Positions 25,238 through 27,486 of a DNA stretch of 27,486 nt are shown one piece after another. The DNA is from a virus (lineage: Duplodnaviria; Caudoviricetes): positions 1-27,486 of IMG/VR virus record IMGVR_UViG_3300032247_000268. One strand, 5' to 3'. A program made the position numbers and the translations under genes. The notes beneath the pieces are model-generated. The model had not been told where the DNA came from and made no database searches. It saw nothing but the letters and a program-made list of their open reading frames with translations. Position 1 is the stretch's first letter. Each line of letters opens with the position of its first letter.

Positions 25238-27162
25238 AAAGTGAATACGCCATTGTAACATCACCGGCCGTGTCTAATCGGACACAAATGAAATTTGAAT
25301 TGGCCATGCCCGTTTTCAAGGTGGTGACCGGAAATGATTTTGTTGTGTATGGTGAAGACAACAAATTCCCAATGTATTTGTTGGAAATGTACCAACGTTC
25401 CGCAAAACACAACGCCATCATCAATGGAAAAGTCAATTACATTTTCGGTGGTGGGTTCACATACGACACAAACAAATTGACCGATGAAATGATTGGGCAA
25501 TTGGGGGATTTCATGGAGAATCCAAACCCATTTGATTCAATGAATGATGTGTTGCGAAAAACCATCATGGACAATGAAATTTTCAATGGTTATGCATTGG
25601 AAATTGTTTGGTCATTGGGTGGCAAAATTTCATCCATTTCCCACGTTCCATTCCATGAATGCCGTGTGTCGGTGGATGGCAAAAAAATTGGCCGTTCAAA
25701 ATTGTGGGATGGCAACCGGAAACCAAAGGATTTGGAAATTTTTGACCGATTCAACCCGGAACAAAGATTGGGAAAACAAATTTTCTATGTGGTGACATAT
25801 TCCCCGAATTGTTATCATTACCCAATCCCAGAATATTTCGGGGCCATGGCATACATTGAAAGTGATTCCCGAATTGCCAATTTCCACGTTCAAAATTTGC
25901 GGAATGGGTTTTTGGGTGGATTCGTTTTCCAATTCAACAACGGGGTTCCATCCATCGAAAAACAACGTGAAATTGAACGCAAAGTCAAATCAAAATTTGG
26001 TGGTGATGATGGTGAACGCATAATGGTTGAATTCACGGATGGGGCGGAATACGGCATGAAATTGATTCCGGTTCAAGCCAATGATTTGGACAAACAATTT
26101 GACATTTTAAACGAATCAATCCAACAGGAAATTTTCACGGCGCACCGGGTTACATCCGGAATGTTGTTTGGGATTAAGGAATCCGGCCAATTGGGTGGCC
26201 GTTCGGAGTTGGTTGAATCATACGAATTGTTCAAATCGGTGTATGTCAAAGACAGGGCAAATGAACAAATCCGTTCATACAATTATTTATTGTCATTCAA
26301 TGGTTTTGGCAATGTGTTGGAAATTATCCCAACCGAACCAATCAAAGAACAATTAAGTGAAACAACGTTGTTGCAAATTGCATCCCGTGGTGAATTACGT
26401 ACCATGATGGGATTGCCCGATGATACAATTGAAGTTCCAAAAACCACCGATTCCATCCAATCATTGTCACCATTGGTTGCGAATAAGGTATTGGAAAAAT
26501 TGACCGATGGGGAAATACGTTCATTGGTTGGATTATCACCAACACCACAAACATTTTCATCCGTGGATGATGATGATTTGTTGATTGCAGAATTTGAAAA
26601 CCATGGGGAATGCCAATCGGGTTTTGAATTATTGAAATCCCGGCCAATGCGATATGGGTTTGAATTGAAAGAAAATGAATTCAAATCGGATTATGAAGAT
26701 ATTGACAAACAAATTGTCAAGAAAATAGACAAAAACCCAAACATTTCATCGGATACCATTGCATCCGAATTGGGTTTGGACATTGATTTGGTTTCCGAAC
26801 GAATTTCCGCATTGATTGAAAATGGTTCCATCAAAGTGACCGGGACATTGAAAGAAATTGGGGAACCGGCAAAAGATTGGGTTAAGTCAAAGGACATGAC
26901 ACAAATGTTGGAAATTCGGTACAAGTACGATGTGTTGCCGGAATACGGGCCAAAATTGTTGGAAACATCCCGTAAATTTTGCCAATACATGATTGAAAAA
27001 AACCGGTATTACACACGTGAGGAAATCAACCAAATTTCCGCAAAGATGGGGTATTCGGTATGGGAACGCCGGGGTGGATTTTACACCGACAAAAAAACCG
27101 GATTGACACGGCCGTCATGCCGTCACATTTGGGTTCAAACATTAGTGAAAAAACGTAATTGA
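25234..27162 (+). CDS. Portal protein with C-terminal extension
   Basis: YGEDN.FP.YL, SAKHNAII, YP.PEY, NLRNGF and IFTAHRVTS.MLFGI motifs; about 200 extra residues at the C-terminus. Confidence 0.85.
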   Translation: MKSEYAIVTSPAVSNRTQMKFELAMPVFKVVTGNDFVVYGEDNKFPMYLLEMYQRSAKHNAIINGKVNYIFGGGFTYDTNKLTDEMIGQLGDFMENPNPFDSMNDVLRKTIMDNEIFNGYALEIVWSLGGKISSISHVPFHECRVSVDGKKIGRSKLWDGNRKPKDLEIFDRFNPEQRLGKQIFYVVTYSPNCYHYPIPEYFGAMAYIESDSRIANFHVQNLRNGFLGGFVFQFNNGVPSIEKQREIERKVKSKFGGDDGERIMVEFTDGAEYGMKLIPVQANDLDKQFDILNESIQQEIFTAHRVTSGMLFGIKESGQLGGRSELVESYELFKSVYVKDRANEQIRSYNYLLSFNGFGNVLEIIPTEPIKEQLSETTLLQIASRGELRTMMGLPDDTIEVPKTTDSIQSLSPLVANKVLEKLTDGEIRSLVGLSPTPQTFSSVDDDDLLIAEFENHGECQSGFELLKSRPMRYGFELKENEFKSDYEDIDKQIVKKIDKNPNISSDTIASELGLDIDLVSERISALIENGSIKVTGTLKEIGEPAKDWVKSKDMTQMLEIRYKYDVLPEYGPKLLETSRKFCQYMIEKNRYYTREEINQISAKMGYSVWERRGGFYTDKKTGLTRPSCRHIWVQTLVKKRN

Positions 27163-27169
27163 TAAAAAG

Positions 27170-27486
27170 ATGGACAAGGCGTTGTTTATTACGGAAACGG
27201 ATTTGAAAAATGGAACGTTCATCAATGAAAACGTTTCCATGGTCAAGTTGCGACCATTGGTCATGATGTGTCAAGAAATGCAAATCCAACCCATCATCGG
27301 TTCCGATTTGTACGATGAAATCGGACAACAAATCATTGATGGGAATTTGTCAAATGAAAACCAAACATTGTTGTTTGAATATATCCAACCGGCATTGAAA
27401 ATGTGGGTAATGGCGGAATCACCAATGATTTTGTCATTTCGGTATGTCAACAAAAATGTTGAACGTGGGCAATCAGAAAACAACAC
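27170..27486 (+). CDS. Head-tail adaptor (putative), N-terminal part, runs off window
   Basis: MDKALFITETDLKNGTFINENV...QEMQIQPIIGSDLYDEI...YIQPAL; open to the window end. Confidence 0.7.
   Translation, partial: MDKALFITETDLKNGTFINENVSMVKLRPLVMMCQEMQIQPIIGSDLYDEIGQQIIDGNLSNENQTLLFEYIQPALKMWVMAESPMILSFRYVNKNVERGQSENN

Larger units (their letters stand above)
1..27486 (+). mobile_element. Near-complete tailed phage genome (siphovirus-like, probable Bacteroidota host)
   Basis: Terminase, portal, capsid, protease, tail, lysis and replication genes are tightly packed on one strand with many ATGA overlaps. No host housekeeping genes. The two ends appear to lie within the same gene. Confidence 0.95.

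Noticed and set aside
1-27486. Numerous minus-strand and alternate-frame ORFs of 60-180 aa
   Set aside because: Expected artefact: scarcity of CTA, TAG and TTA removes stop codons from shadow frames. They overlap convincing + strand genes and show no motifs.
1-27486. Apparent CCGG enrichment as a separate signal
   Set aside because: Largely a consequence of avoiding NCT, NCA-G and AGR, which forces NCC-GG, CCG-G and CGG. It was not tested computationally.
1-27486. TAG stop-codon reassignment
   Set aside because: Genes are intact in the standard code with no in-frame TAG and no suppressor tRNA was seen; TAG absence fits AG avoidance.
1-27486. UV pyrimidine-dimer avoidance as the cause of CT loss
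   Set aside because: TT and TC, the main photoreactive pairs, are abundant.

Overview
This window is almost the whole genome (about 27.6 kb, circularly permuted) of a tailed, siphovirus-like dsDNA phage. The host is probably a Bacteroidota (e.g. Flavobacteriia/Cytophagia), inferred from TTTG-N19-TAnnTTTG promoters, A-rich leaders without Shine-Dalgarno sites, and typical protein families. All credible genes are on the + strand. The early/replication block has an ERF recombinase, a stand-alone AP2 protein, an initiator with internal iterons, DUF1064, an M15 endolysin, a metallophosphoesterase and an ECF-like sigma factor. Packaging and virion genes follow in an unusual order: terS, terL, frameshifted tail chaperone, tail proteins, tape measure, protease, scaffold, capsid, tail tube, portal, adaptor, tail terminator, fibre, holin. 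I recognised no integrase, polymerase, methyltransferase, tRNA or CRISPR. The most striking signal is near-elimination of the dinucleotide CT and its complement AG across the genome, plus GATC avoidance. This suggests escape from a host defence that reads a very short DNA motif. Product calls come from motif recognition by eye, not database searches.
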